Shown here one piece after another: positions 35,158 to 45,397 of a DNA stretch of 64,000 nucleotides (its first letter is position 1; each line of letters begins with the position of its first letter). Position numbers and translations under genes: made by a program. A model generated the notes under the pieces. That model did no database searches, had not been told where the DNA came from, and saw only the letters and a list, made by a program, of their open reading frames with translations. This DNA is from a virus. The stretch is taken from IMG/VR virus record IMGVR_UViG_3300030102_006903, positions 1 to 64,000 of that record. One strand, written 5' to 3'.

Positions 35158-35972
35158 GAATATTTTTTTTCTATAAATTCTTTGAATTGTGGAATCCTAT
35201 CGTATTGATGCACTAATGGAAATACTTCTCCTTTTTGATTTGTAACGATATAATTTTCATCAACATTTGGTGTAGGTTCTAGTAACACATTTTTAAATTT
35301 TTCTTTATTTACCAAAACAGTACCCAATTGTGTTACGAATCCTTCTTCTTGTTCAACTTTTTGTACAATATTTTTAAATTGTTTTAAATTAATAAGAATA
35401 TTATATGCTGCCTGGTCTGCAAGTTGTTCTTTATTTGCTGTTGTCATACTCCATCTGTAAATATCAATAAATAAATCTCTTAGATATTCAGCGTTTCCTA
35501 CAATAGTTCCTGCACAATATGAAGTTTTATTTTGTAACCATTCCCATTCCATAGGAAAAGATGTTCCACTATTTACACACGCCCAAGGGTCATCTTTAAA
35601 AGTAATTGATTCTGAGAATGAAAGTATCTCACCATCCATATTTGCTTCTATCCATTCAGATGGGTCTTTTTGAAATATAATATCCTTTACATCAGTCCAT
35701 ATAACTGTTCCTTTTATTTCAGAACCAAGTAGTTTGTATAAATCTCTAAATCTTTGAAGGATTATATGTTGTTGAAGTTCTCCTCCATATAAATCCCATC
35801 CTTTTGATTTAAGATAATCAATAGTTTCTTGTGGTACTTCATATACCAACATTACTTTTCTACCATCAAACCCACATCTATCAATAGATTCAACATAAGG
35901 TCTAATGTCATCAGGTGAATATTTTGTTATACACCCTAAAATTGTTTTTTGGAAACTCGTTGGGTTTATCAT
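35154..35972 (-). CDS. glycosyltransferase-like protein
   Basis: QRF, WTDVKDIIFQKDP, CAGTIVG, ADQAAYN, VHQYDR. Confidence 0.7.
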   Translation of the reverse strand: MINPTSFQKTILGCITKYSPDDIRPYVESIDRCGFDGRKVMLVYEVPQETIDYLKSKGWDLYGGELQQHIILQRFRDLYKLLGSEIKGTVIWTDVKDIIFQKDPSEWIEANMDGEILSFSESITFKDDPWACVNSGTSFPMEWEWLQNKTSYCAGTIVGNAEYLRDLFIDIYRWSMTTANKEQLADQAAYNILINLKQFKNIVQKVEQEEGFVTQLGTVLVNKEKFKNVLLEPTPNVDENYIVTNQKGEVFPLVHQYDRIPQFKEFIEKKYS

Positions 35973-36730
35973 AATTTTACTAATTCTGGTTGTTTACATC
36001 CTGTCAATATTTCAAATTCTTCAAAGTTAGGTACTTCCCACAACTCACATAATTTTGTATTTTGAATAATTTCATATCCACCTAACATCATTATATATTG
36101 AAATAAAAAATCTTGCCATCCATAAATTTTATTTATTTTACAAAACTCATCAAACTTTTCTGTATATAAATCTAAAGTTCTTTCGTATGCATCAATATAT
36201 TGTTCTCTGTTAAAGATAGTTCCTCCACCACTTGCATAACCTGGACATGAATCCACACCTCCTACTGATTTAGAATATTCTAAAAATTGGTTAGGAATAG
36301 TATTTGGTCTCATTCTACCTGTTGGTGATGGTGCAGTTGGGTGAATTGCCATTGAGAAATCAAAATTTAAAATACTAATCGTATCTAATATAAAATCATC
36401 TTCTTCAAATAACATCATGTATTTTGAATCTGTTTTCTTACAGGCATTGTAAACACCTGTTAACCATTCTACTGCTTTCTCTTTAGTCCAATGTTCGTAT
36501 CCAATATCCCTATCACCAAAGTTACCACAATATCCTAACTGAAAGTTATTACGAGTAACAGTTGCTCCTAACTCTTCACCAACTTTTTGATATCCTTCTA
36601 AATCACCTTCATAATCTACATTGATAAAAAGGTCAGCATCAGAATAAAACTTCCTAAGAGTTTGCATAGATTTCTTACCTGCTTCGGTTTCTCTCCATGC
36701 CCACCAATAACCACTTATTAATTTACTCAT
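35969..36730 (-). CDS. glycosyltransferase-like protein
   Basis: YMMLFEEDDFI, ASGGGTIF, WQD; located in the glycan island. Confidence 0.55.
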   Translation of the reverse strand: MSKLISGYWWAWRETEAGKKSMQTLRKFYSDADLFINVDYEGDLEGYQKVGEELGATVTRNNFQLGYCGNFGDRDIGYEHWTKEKAVEWLTGVYNACKKTDSKYMMLFEEDDFILDTISILNFDFSMAIHPTAPSPTGRMRPNTIPNQFLEYSKSVGGVDSCPGYASGGGTIFNREQYIDAYERTLDLYTEKFDEFCKINKIYGWQDFLFQYIMMLGGYEIIQNTKLCELWEVPNFEEFEILTGCKQPELVKL

Positions 36731-37362
36731 AATTTTTCGAAATAACCACCAACTTTGAATTTAACATTTGCAGTAACACTACCTTTATCAGATGTTTTGA
36801 ACTTATCAGGATGTACTATCCTAAAATCAATTGAACATCTTGTATCTTTTTCTTCATTAGTTTGATTACCATGTAAAAGATTTGGTCCACTAAACACCAA
36901 AATTTCACCATAGGATACATCGTAACCTTTGAAATCTTCTTTTCCTTCTTCTGATTCCATCCATATGGTATTCGTTCCATACGCATCAGTAAATGGTAAC
37001 CATAAGTTAATCTCATCTACTCCATGATTGTAATCTCTATCTCTGTGCCATTCACCAACTCCTAAGTTATCAACTTGATGAACTCTGAATGTAGGAATCT
37101 TTTGATAAATAATTTCATCATACTCAAAGTGAGGTTTTACAAACTCTTCTATAAATTGTTTGTACAATGGATAAAACTCTTCTTTAAATTTATCATAATA
37201 AGTTTTATGCCACATTGTAGCCTGGTCTGTTGGTTCAGTATATCTTTCATACTTTTTAACCTCATGTAAATTCTCTAAACTTTTTTCACCTAAGATTTTT
37301 TTTATCAAAGGTCTGAATTGATACTTTGATGTATCGTATTTAATTTTATGTGTTTTTATCAT
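36727..37362 (-). CDS. StrG-like / PhyH-type Fe(II) dioxygenase
   Basis: YQKIPTFRVH, WHRD, INLWLPFTDA, LLHGN, TRCSIDFR. Confidence 0.75.
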   Translation of the reverse strand: MIKTHKIKYDTSKYQFRPLIKKILGEKSLENLHEVKKYERYTEPTDQATMWHKTYYDKFKEEFYPLYKQFIEEFVKPHFEYDEIIYQKIPTFRVHQVDNLGVGEWHRDRDYNHGVDEINLWLPFTDAYGTNTIWMESEEGKEDFKGYDVSYGEILVFSGPNLLHGNQTNEEKDTRCSIDFRIVHPDKFKTSDKGSVTANVKFKVGGYFEKL

Positions 37363-38054
37363 TCTGTTCTTTCTAATTTATATAAATTATTGTTTACTGC
37401 TGATTTAAATTCTTCATCCATCCATACAACATCATCTTCACCAACTTGATTTACCATTGGTAAATATAAGTTATGCATACCTGAATTTACTCCATGTGGT
37501 GGATTGGTTTCCATTTCAATTACTGCGTTATAAAAGGATTCTAACATTGAATGTGGGAATACTATAAATGTATCATTCACAATTGGTAAATCCATAAACT
37601 CAGGTTCTCTCCAAAGAAAACTACATTTTGTAAAATCATAATTGTATTCTTCAAATGGATTCTTAAAAAAGTTTATATCATATCTTGTTGATATAACTAA
37701 ATCTAAATCCTCATCCTTAAGTTGTTGTAAACTATTTAGATATGAAACTGTCATTATTTTCATACCATTTGATACTTTATCACCACCACCTAATTTATTA
37801 TAACCAGGTTCTACAAATGTATGTTTTATTGCTGGTGAATAATCTTCAATTATTTTATCTTGTTTTTCATTACTATAACTAAAAAGATAAAATTTTATAT
37901 CATGTCCATTTTCTCTTAATGGATTTACAACATTTTTATAAAAGTTTTGTATTGAGTTTTCATAATCTCTCAATCTACCACCTTCAATAGCATTGTTATA
38001 AGATACTCCTACTAAATTAATTCCTATTTTCATTTTACATCTTCTGGCCACCAA
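37359..38054 (-). CDS. glycan-locus hypothetical (glycosyltransferase-like)
   Basis: MKIGINLVG..., DLVISTRYD, VNDTF; true start probably MKIG near 38033. Confidence 0.55.
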   Translation of the reverse strand: MVARRCKMKIGINLVGVSYNNAIEGGRLRDYENSIQNFYKNVVNPLRENGHDIKFYLFSYSNEKQDKIIEDYSPAIKHTFVEPGYNKLGGGDKVSNGMKIMTVSYLNSLQQLKDEDLDLVISTRYDINFFKNPFEEYNYDFTKCSFLWREPEFMDLPIVNDTFIVFPHSMLESFYNAVIEMETNPPHGVNSGMHNLYLPMVNQVGEDDVVWMDEEFKSAVNNNLYKLERTE

Positions 38055-38740
38055 ACTTTATCATCTCTAAGTAAGTTAAAGTTGATTCCATCGTGTTTTA
38101 TTGCGTTATCATATAATTGTATTCTATGTAAATACTTCGTAAAGTTTTGTTCAGCACCATCCATAATTCCTTGTTCTCTATTATAATTTACAATATTATC
38201 AAATATTGTTGGAAAAACTTTATCTGAGTTTTCTTGATTAGACATATAAAAATTATCATCATGTATTGGACTGTTAGGCCAATGACTATTTGATGTATAA
38301 ATTTTTGTTAAATCATAATCACTTAATTCTAAATTAGAACCAGCAATATCATATCTACTTCTTATAATACAATCATATTTAATATTTGATTCTTGTATTT
38401 TTTTATAAGTTTCTTGCCAACCATACAACATTGGAAATGCTCTGAAGTTACTAAATACATCAAAATCTGTTAGTGGTCTTGATTTATCATCTCTTGGTGT
38501 TTTAATACCTTCTCTGTACTTAGTAAACTTAATTGGTTTCTGTATATTAATGTATTTAGGATTTGGATAAACTTTTAAAACATCATCACTATCTTCATTA
38601 TTTGTTATTTCATCAGGTTTAGATTCCCATGCATGAAGATACAAATCTACATCATTATTATCTATAATGTATTTCCAATAACCATCATAACCTTCTTGAA
38701 CTTTTCGTGCAAGACCAGTTAACATTAATGCTACTTTCAT
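38030..38740 (-). CDS. glycan-locus hypothetical (glycosyltransferase-like)
   Basis: MKVALMLTGLAR, DLYLHAW, YDCIIRSRYD; paralog-like to the neighbour. Confidence 0.6.
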   Translation of the reverse strand: MKVALMLTGLARKVQEGYDGYWKYIIDNNDVDLYLHAWESKPDEITNNEDSDDVLKVYPNPKYINIQKPIKFTKYREGIKTPRDDKSRPLTDFDVFSNFRAFPMLYGWQETYKKIQESNIKYDCIIRSRYDIAGSNLELSDYDLTKIYTSNSHWPNSPIHDDNFYMSNQENSDKVFPTIFDNIVNYNREQGIMDGAEQNFTKYLHRIQLYDNAIKHDGINFNLLRDDKVWWPEDVK

Positions 38741-39159
38741 TTCTTGTAAACCATTTTTAAATATTTTCTACCTCTTCTTAAACCACTCTCACCTGTTTCA
38801 ACAAATCCTAATTCTTCGTATAACTTTTTTGCATGATTATCTTCAAAAACCCAAAGGTCTGCATAATCTTTATCCTCTAAATACTTTGTATATGCTGCTC
38901 TTGCATATCCTTTTCTACGAAAATCAGGATGTATATCACATCCAATCTCATCACCATTGATTCTAATGTACCCAACCTCTTCATTATTTTCATTATAAAT
39001 CATTAACCATTGTGGTTTCATTTTTTCAAACCAATCTTCACATTCATCTAAAGTAAATGCACTATCATTTTTTAATTGAGTACGAGTTGATTCTTCATTC
39101 CTTACTAATAGTAGGAATCTTAAATTATTTTCTTTTAATGGTTCTAATCTTATTTCCAT
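38737..39159 (-). CDS. GNAT N-acetyltransferase
   Basis: DIHPDFRRKGYA, NHAKKLYEELGF. Confidence 0.88.
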   Translation of the reverse strand: MEIRLEPLKENNLRFLLLVRNEESTRTQLKNDSAFTLDECEDWFEKMKPQWLMIYNENNEEVGYIRINGDEIGCDIHPDFRRKGYARAAYTKYLEDKDYADLWVFEDNHAKKLYEELGFVETGESGLRRGRKYLKMVYKK

Positions 39160-40349
39160 TTTTTAATACAATCTACAATGTATTCTCTTTCTTCTTTTGT
39201 TACCCACCAACCAACTGGTATTGAAACTACATGACCAATTGTTTTGTCCAAATTTGGTAACGATGTTTTAAATTCTTCCATACAAGAATGTTTATCGTTT
39301 CTCTCATGAACTTGAGATACTGTAATATTACAATCTTGCATATATTTGTAGAACGATGGTCTATCATCTACTAATAGTGAGTAAATCCAAAATGCCGATT
39401 CAAATCCTTCTTCTCTTTTTAGAAGTGTAACACCATCTACATTTTGTAAGTGTTCATCATAGTACGCTGCATTATCTTTATGTTTAGTAACTATGTCATC
39501 TAAGTGTTTAAAGTTTTCTATACCAACAGCTGCACAAACATCATTCATGTGAAATTTAAATCCCCATTCAGGTATATCTGCTTCACATCTGAAATCTGTT
39601 CTACCTTTTGGGTTTCTATCAATACCATACCATCTCAGTAATTTTGCTCTTTCATACAATTCTTCGTGTGGACAATAAAGTAAACCACCATCGACTGAAG
39701 TGATGTGTTTGATTGCCTGTAAAGAATTCATTACAAAATTGTGATGATTACCTAAATATTTTCCTTTATATTTTGTACCGATTGAATGTGCTCCATCTTC
39801 AATTAATGCTGGTGCCCATCCATGTTCTTTTCTAAATCTACCTCTAATATTTCTAATCTCATCTAAATCTAATGGATATCCACCCCAATGAACTCCCATA
39901 ATTGCTTTTGTTTTTGGAGTCATCTTTCTTTCTAAATCATCCAAATCCATATTAAGAGTTGTTGGGTCAATATCCACCCATTTAATTTTTAGATTATTTG
40001 CTACGATTGGCCAATTAGATGCAGTACAAGTTAGTGGTGTTGCTAATACTTCATCACCATCTTGAATACCTGGCCAGTTGTGTTCTACAAATGCAACACC
40101 ATGGAATTCTTCTCTCCAATTTTCTTTTGGTTTCTTAAGTAAGTGTAGTGCTAAATGTAATGCAGATGTACCAGCATTTGTTGTAACTACTTTATCATTT
40201 CCAAAGTATTCTCCTAATTGTTTTTCAAATTCATCTACCTTTGGTCCTTGTCCTATATAACCACTATCTAATACTTCACCAACTTTTTCTTTTGCTGTTG
40301 GTGCCATGAATACTTTAAATAATGGTATTGATTGTTCTGGTTTATTCAT
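39150..40349 (-). CDS. DegT/DnrJ/EryC1/StrS sugar aminotransferase
   Basis: GPKVDEFE, AGTSALHLAL, IEDGAHS, SLQAIKHITSVDGG. Confidence 0.92.
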   Translation of the reverse strand: MNKPEQSIPLFKVFMAPTAKEKVGEVLDSGYIGQGPKVDEFEKQLGEYFGNDKVVTTNAGTSALHLALHLLKKPKENWREEFHGVAFVEHNWPGIQDGDEVLATPLTCTASNWPIVANNLKIKWVDIDPTTLNMDLDDLERKMTPKTKAIMGVHWGGYPLDLDEIRNIRGRFRKEHGWAPALIEDGAHSIGTKYKGKYLGNHHNFVMNSLQAIKHITSVDGGLLYCPHEELYERAKLLRWYGIDRNPKGRTDFRCEADIPEWGFKFHMNDVCAAVGIENFKHLDDIVTKHKDNAAYYDEHLQNVDGVTLLKREEGFESAFWIYSLLVDDRPSFYKYMQDCNITVSQVHERNDKHSCMEEFKTSLPNLDKTIGHVVSIPVGWWVTKEEREYIVDCIKKWK

Positions 40350-40785
40350 CGTTTAGAATGTTTTTATTTTGTTTAATAGTTTGTTTAGTAATTAAATCTT
40401 TAATTTTTGTAGTTGACCATCCATGTGAACGAGTTGTATAAATAATTTTAATTGGTAAATCATCACCTGTAAATGATTTTCCTATGTAATCTTCACCAAG
40501 TATTCTAACATCTGGTTTAAAAAAATTAATTAAATTTAATAAATCTTCTTCAGTTTGGTAAATATAAACCTCATCAATATATTTTATTGACATTAATGTT
40601 TTATATCTTTCGTAAATAGGTATAACAGGTTTATACTTTGATTTTCTATGTTCCGATGGGTCTCGTTGAAGAAACACTATAAATTTATCACAATGTTTTT
40701 TTGCTTCTTCAAAAGTATAAATGTAACCTGGATGTAGTAAATCAAAATTACCAGCAGTAAATCCTATTGTTTCTTTATTTGCCAT
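40342..40785 (-). CDS. TagD/RfaE-like cytidylyltransferase
   Basis: AGNFDLLHPGY, ER, GEDY, RSHGWSTTKI. Confidence 0.88.
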   Translation of the reverse strand: MANKETIGFTAGNFDLLHPGYIYTFEEAKKHCDKFIVFLQRDPSEHRKSKYKPVIPIYERYKTLMSIKYIDEVYIYQTEEDLLNLINFFKPDVRILGEDYIGKSFTGDDLPIKIIYTTRSHGWSTTKIKDLITKQTIKQNKNILNDE

Positions 40786-41230
40786 AACTTATAATATTAT
40801 CAGAACAAACTCCATAACACTCTTCAACATTTTCTTTATTTATTTCTGGCATTACAGATACACAATTTTTTATTTGTGGTACACCTGGATACTTCCATAA
40901 GTGACCATGTGAAGTTATCGTTACATCATCTTTTTGATGATAAAAATAATTAATATTTGTTATTTTTTGTTCAAGTTCTAATCTTTTAAATTCCTCTATT
41001 GCATCAATATGTTTACAATGCACCCAAAGATTTTTACTTCGTTCTAATAACCATTCCAAACTAATACCATATTGTGCCTCATCGTGTCCTAAAAAGAAAG
41101 TTTCTGAAATAAACCAAACATCAATTTCAACATCATAACCTTGTTCAATTGCGGTATCAATGTAGTTTGGGTTATTCTCAAACTTTTCATGTTTACCATT
41201 TATATTTCCTCTATGAGAAATTAATTTCAT
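40775..41230 (-). CDS. glycerophosphodiester phosphodiesterase-like protein
   Basis: ISHRGN, ENNP, DVEIDVW, LGHD, WVHCK, GVCSD. Confidence 0.75.
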   Translation of the reverse strand: MKLISHRGNINGKHEKFENNPNYIDTAIEQGYDVEIDVWFISETFFLGHDEAQYGISLEWLLERSKNLWVHCKHIDAIEEFKRLELEQKITNINYFYHQKDDVTITSHGHLWKYPGVPQIKNCVSVMPEINKENVEECYGVCSDNIISYGK

Positions 41231-41580
41231 AATTCTTCTATTCTTTTTGCCTTATCATCTATTACTAAATCAAAAGATGGTTTTAGTGGATAACAAAAAA
41301 TACTTTTTCTATAACCAACTATTAAATCATTAAATTTACATCCCCAACTTTTCAATTGTTCTTTAGTTAATTCATACAAATCTCTTTCGGATACACTTCC
41401 TCTTGCTGTCCAATAAATTATTTCCCAACCTTCATCATATAGTTTGTTAATTTTATCTATGTTTTCTTGTTTAGGTATTGCGTTTTCATAAAACCTTTTA
41501 CCTTCGTAAAAACAAATAGTTTCATCAACATCAACTAATGCTCTTTTTTTATCTCTTGGATATAATTTACTTTCTATCAT
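41227..41580 (-). CDS. HAD phosphatase (capsule-biosynthesis type)
   Basis: VDVDETIC, YWTARG, KP, IDDKA; start trimmed to ATG 41580. Confidence 0.8.
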   Translation of the reverse strand: MIESKLYPRDKKRALVDVDETICFYEGKRFYENAIPKQENIDKINKLYDEGWEIIYWTARGSVSERDLYELTKEQLKSWGCKFNDLIVGYRKSIFCYPLKPSFDLVIDDKAKRIEEL

Positions 41581-41581
41581 A

Positions 41582-41613
41582 CAAATATACGAAATTATTT
41601 GTAATTTTCCAAA
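41582..41613 (-). promoter_or_regulatory. early-type promoter
   Basis: TTTGGA...TTTCGTATATTTG overlapping the end of the upstream gene. Confidence 0.6.
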
Positions 41614-42977
41614 TAATATTTCAAATCTTCTGGTGTACCCAATCCCCACATCTTAGGAATATCATAAGTACGAATCTCTTTTCCATCCTCAATTGCTTGA
41701 TTAAATACAGGACAAACATAAAACTCATTGTTCACTCTGATATCTTTTTCAATCATATCTTCTGCATATTTTACAAAATCAGAACCATGTTTCCAATAGT
41801 AATAACCAACTGTTGCAATATCAGAGATAGGATTCTTCTCTGCAACCTCAGTTACTAATCCTTTTTCATCTATCTTTGCAAAACTCCACTTTGGATGTGT
41901 TGCTCTAAATGATACAATACCACCATCTGCATTTGTTTCATTCATTTTATATAAGAATTCATTTGAATCCCACTCAACGAATTGGTCTGAGTTAGCAAAA
42001 AACAGAGGGGTATCTTTATTTATGTATTCTTTAGCAAGTAATGCCGTACATGCTGCACCTTCTGTTAGTTTATCAACCTCTACTATTTTACAATTTGGTG
42101 TAATGAGATTTAATAAAGTATCTAAGTTATACTTTTCTCTATGTTCTTTTTGTACAACATAAACATAGTTTGCTTTGATGTTTAGATTTTCCACCACCAA
42201 CTGAATCATAGGTTTTCCCTTTACATCAATTAATGGTTTTGGAAAAGTATATCCTGCTTGTTGAAATCTACTTCCTGCTCCAGCCATTGGAATCAATACT
42301 GTAAGATTTTCATCTCTCCATGCTGGTGTTGATTGTTGTTCTCCCATTTCTATTTGTTTTAATTTATTATCTATATTACTATAATTTGTTTCTTTTGTAT
42401 TCTTTACTCTCAGTATATGTGATTTGGAACGAGCAGCTGCAAGTAATCCATATGGTGAATCTTCAACTATCAAAGTTTCCTCAGGTAAACAACTCATCAT
42501 AGATATTGCTTTCCAATACATCTCTGGATGTGGTTTTGAATTTTTTACATCTTCATTAGATATCACCAAATCCATAAACTCCATAATACCCAATTTAGAT
42601 AAAACTGTTAAACAAGTTTTTCTGATTGAGTTTGAACACACTGCAATCTTATAACCTTCACTAACTAAGTTTCTCATACATTGTATTAGACCTGTATTTG
42701 GTTCTAGTGCTCTTAACTTTTCTAATGTAAGTTTTTGTTTTAACTCCCAAATAGTTTTATGATTTTCTTTTAGTAACCCTTTTTTCTCAGATAACATTTC
42801 TAATTTTTGAGTTGTTTTCAATCCATCATAGGTTGCTAGGTGTTCATTCCAACTTATGGCGTAACCTGGTCCTAATGCTTCGTTAAGTGCTTCATAGTGT
42901 ATATTTTTAGCCTCAACTAATACACCATCTAAATCAAATATGATTAATTTAATTTTATTTCCCATGTTTACCTTCAT
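41595..42977 (-). CDS. HAD hydrolase fused to NTP-transferase (sugar nucleotidyltransferase)
   Basis: FDLDGVL...KPHPE...VEDS; then IPMAGAGSRF...PKPLI...NSDQ...GLGTPEDL. Confidence 0.9.
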   Translation of the reverse strand: MKVNMGNKIKLIIFDLDGVLVEAKNIHYEALNEALGPGYAISWNEHLATYDGLKTTQKLEMLSEKKGLLKENHKTIWELKQKLTLEKLRALEPNTGLIQCMRNLVSEGYKIAVCSNSIRKTCLTVLSKLGIMEFMDLVISNEDVKNSKPHPEMYWKAISMMSCLPEETLIVEDSPYGLLAAARSKSHILRVKNTKETNYSNIDNKLKQIEMGEQQSTPAWRDENLTVLIPMAGAGSRFQQAGYTFPKPLIDVKGKPMIQLVVENLNIKANYVYVVQKEHREKYNLDTLLNLITPNCKIVEVDKLTEGAACTALLAKEYINKDTPLFFANSDQFVEWDSNEFLYKMNETNADGGIVSFRATHPKWSFAKIDEKGLVTEVAEKNPISDIATVGYYYWKHGSDFVKYAEDMIEKDIRVNNEFYVCPVFNQAIEDGKEIRTYDIPKMWGLGTPEDLKYYLENYK

Positions 42978-43695
42978 CTAAATGTGTAAATAATCCTTCA
43001 CCATGAGCAACTTTAAATGTTTGTTGTGCCCACCACTTTGAGATATTACCTTCTAATGCAATACCTTCACCAGCAAACTGTTTTACTGTTTGTAAATAAA
43101 AATCTTTTTTATATAAACAAGGATTGTTTGTCCAATTACCATAACGAGATGTTGTAGTAAAGTATTCACCTTCTTTTCCAATATGCTGTGGGAAACTTTC
43201 GAATGGGTCACACCAATGGACTGAATCCAATAGATGGGGTGATGTACATTCAATCTCCTTATCGTAATAATCCAATTCTCTTCCTTGGTATTTAAATGAA
43301 AAATGTGGGTGACCAGGGTTAGCTCTATGTCTATATCTAACACAAGAGTATCCATTATCTAATAACTCAATTCCACTTTTTACTCTATCGAGTGTTACAT
43401 TTCTATCTTCAATTAATTTCCAGTCATGTTCTAAAACCATTACATTATCAGTTTTAGCTTGTTCTGTTAATTGTATGAATCCTTGTCCGATTCCAATATT
43501 CTCATTCAAACCAATATAAGGAATATTAAAATGATTAGCTATTTGTTTATCTTGTTCTGATACTTCTTGAAATAAAATACATACATCATTTACTTGATGT
43601 AGAAATTCTCTATCAAAATAAGTTTGTAAAGTGTTAACAAGAGTTTGTCCACTTTTCCAAGATAAGATACCGATACTTAGTGGGAGTTTTTCCAT
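42955..43695 (-). CDS. GT-A glycosyltransferase-like protein
   Basis: NIGIG, VMVLEHDW, WTNNPCLY. Confidence 0.65.
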   Translation of the reverse strand: MEKLPLSIGILSWKSGQTLVNTLQTYFDREFLHQVNDVCILFQEVSEQDKQIANHFNIPYIGLNENIGIGQGFIQLTEQAKTDNVMVLEHDWKLIEDRNVTLDRVKSGIELLDNGYSCVRYRHRANPGHPHFSFKYQGRELDYYDKEIECTSPHLLDSVHWCDPFESFPQHIGKEGEYFTTTSRYGNWTNNPCLYKKDFYLQTVKQFAGEGIALEGNISKWWAQQTFKVAHGEGLFTHLDEGKHGK

Positions 43696-44594
43696 TCGTT
43701 ATATTTTTCAATTAAAAATTGTACTCTTTGTTTCTGAGTATGGTTCTCTAAAACCTTTTTAAATCCATTGTTAGCAATTTTTTCTCGTTCTTCATCATTT
43801 TCATTATAATAATTTATTTTGTTGATACAATCAACTATATCATCGTAATAAACTATATCTTCACCATCTGTAAATAATTCTTCTAACTTTTTAGATTTAT
43901 TTAATTTATCACAAAGAACCATTTTACCACAAGCCATTCCTTCAAATAATCTTCTAGTTACTTCTCCCCATCTTGAATGTTGAATAATCATTTTTCCTTT
44001 ATTAAGAAATTCAGTATGTTGTTTTGAATTGAATCCATTTTGATTTCCAATTGTACCACCACCATGTTGAGTAATTGTATCCAAAAATTCTGAACCCCCT
44101 CTACCTCTTGTTGTTACCGCAACAAACTCTGGTTTAATTTCTAATGGAAACTGAACTCGTGTATCAGCAAAATGTGTCCACCAATACGCATCTCTACCTC
44201 TTTTCTTATATTCTTCAGTTGAATCTGCATCTGGTGATACTGTTATATGAAACTTATTTGATTTAGGAAAGTTTCTATCAAAGTTTTGTGGGTCATCTCC
44301 ACTTTCTTGTACCCAAAATGCATCTACTAAATTTTTATCTAAAAGAGGTGAATCAAATCTACCCCAATCCATAAAGATTACAATATCTGTTTTTGGTTTA
44401 CTGTTTAACCATTCTCTTATCTGAGTATCATTCCAATTTTGTAATCTATTAGAACCAATTGAAACTATCTCTACTTCCCATCCTAACGAACCAAATTCAG
44501 TTGCAAGGGATAATGGTGTTGACCATTCTTCATTCTCATATGCATAAATAAAAGTTACTTTCATGATACTGCTCTTCCTTTCATTTGTTCCCAA
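43677..44594 (-). CDS. CgeB-like GT-B glycosyltransferase
   Basis: RRLFEGMACG, FTDGEDIVYY, EREKIANNG...HT. Confidence 0.8.
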   Translation of the reverse strand: MGTNERKSSIMKVTFIYAYENEEWSTPLSLATEFGSLGWEVEIVSIGSNRLQNWNDTQIREWLNSKPKTDIVIFMDWGRFDSPLLDKNLVDAFWVQESGDDPQNFDRNFPKSNKFHITVSPDADSTEEYKKRGRDAYWWTHFADTRVQFPLEIKPEFVAVTTRGRGGSEFLDTITQHGGGTIGNQNGFNSKQHTEFLNKGKMIIQHSRWGEVTRRLFEGMACGKMVLCDKLNKSKKLEELFTDGEDIVYYDDIVDCINKINYYNENDEEREKIANNGFKKVLENHTQKQRVQFLIEKYNEWKNSH

Positions 44595-45397
44595 TCTCTA
44601 TTTTTTCTTACCTCATCATTTGTATCTCTTGTTGCTTTTAGAACATTGTTAGTTGTTCCTAAATTTTCCGATACATGGATTAATGCTGATAAATCTTTTG
44701 GAAAACAGTGTCCCCCAAATCCAAAATCACCATCATGACCAGGTACCATCCAATGTGTCTTTCCTAACCTATCATCGTAAGTTGCATATTCAACAACTTT
44801 ATCATAATCAGCACCAACCTTTTCACAGATTTGATATATTTCATTAGCAAAAGATACTTTTGTAGATAAAAAAGTATTTGTCATATACTTAACCATTTCT
44901 GCGTAGGTTGAATGGGTTTTAATTAGTTTTGCATTTGGAAATACTTTTGAAAATAATCTAACTACATCAGTTGATTGTGGTCTTGGTCCACCTATAATAA
45001 TTCTTGTTTGATTATTATAATCTTCTTCTGCATTTCTTTCTGTCAAAAACTCTGGATTAAAAATAATATTCAGATATTTAAAATCCTTATTTAATTGTTC
45101 AGTTGTACCTGGTGGAATAGTTGATTTAACAATAATAGTTTTACTTCTTGCATCTTCAAATTCAATTAGAGTATTGATATCAAATAATGATTGCTGTAAA
45201 GTACTTAAATCACATTCACCACTTTTGTTCATAGGAGTAGGTAAACATACGAAAATAGTATCACACAACATTACTAAATTATGTAAAGTTGATGTTGATT
45301 TACTTTCATCTAAATCATATGTTAAAACATCGTAATACTGTTTCCATTTCTTGTAAACAGCATTACCAACAAAACCTTGTCCTATTATTCCTATCAT
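44561..45397 (-). CDS. UDP-glucose/GDP-mannose dehydrogenase family protein
   Basis: GQGFVG, CLPTP, KSTIPPGTT, NPEFL, AEMVKY, GFGGHCFPKD. Confidence 0.92.
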   Translation of the reverse strand: MIGIIGQGFVGNAVYKKWKQYYDVLTYDLDESKSTSTLHNLVMLCDTIFVCLPTPMNKSGECDLSTLQQSLFDINTLIEFEDARSKTIIVKSTIPPGTTEQLNKDFKYLNIIFNPEFLTERNAEEDYNNQTRIIIGGPRPQSTDVVRLFSKVFPNAKLIKTHSTYAEMVKYMTNTFLSTKVSFANEIYQICEKVGADYDKVVEYATYDDRLGKTHWMVPGHDGDFGFGGHCFPKDLSALIHVSENLGTTNNVLKATRDTNDEVRKNRDWEQMKGRAVS

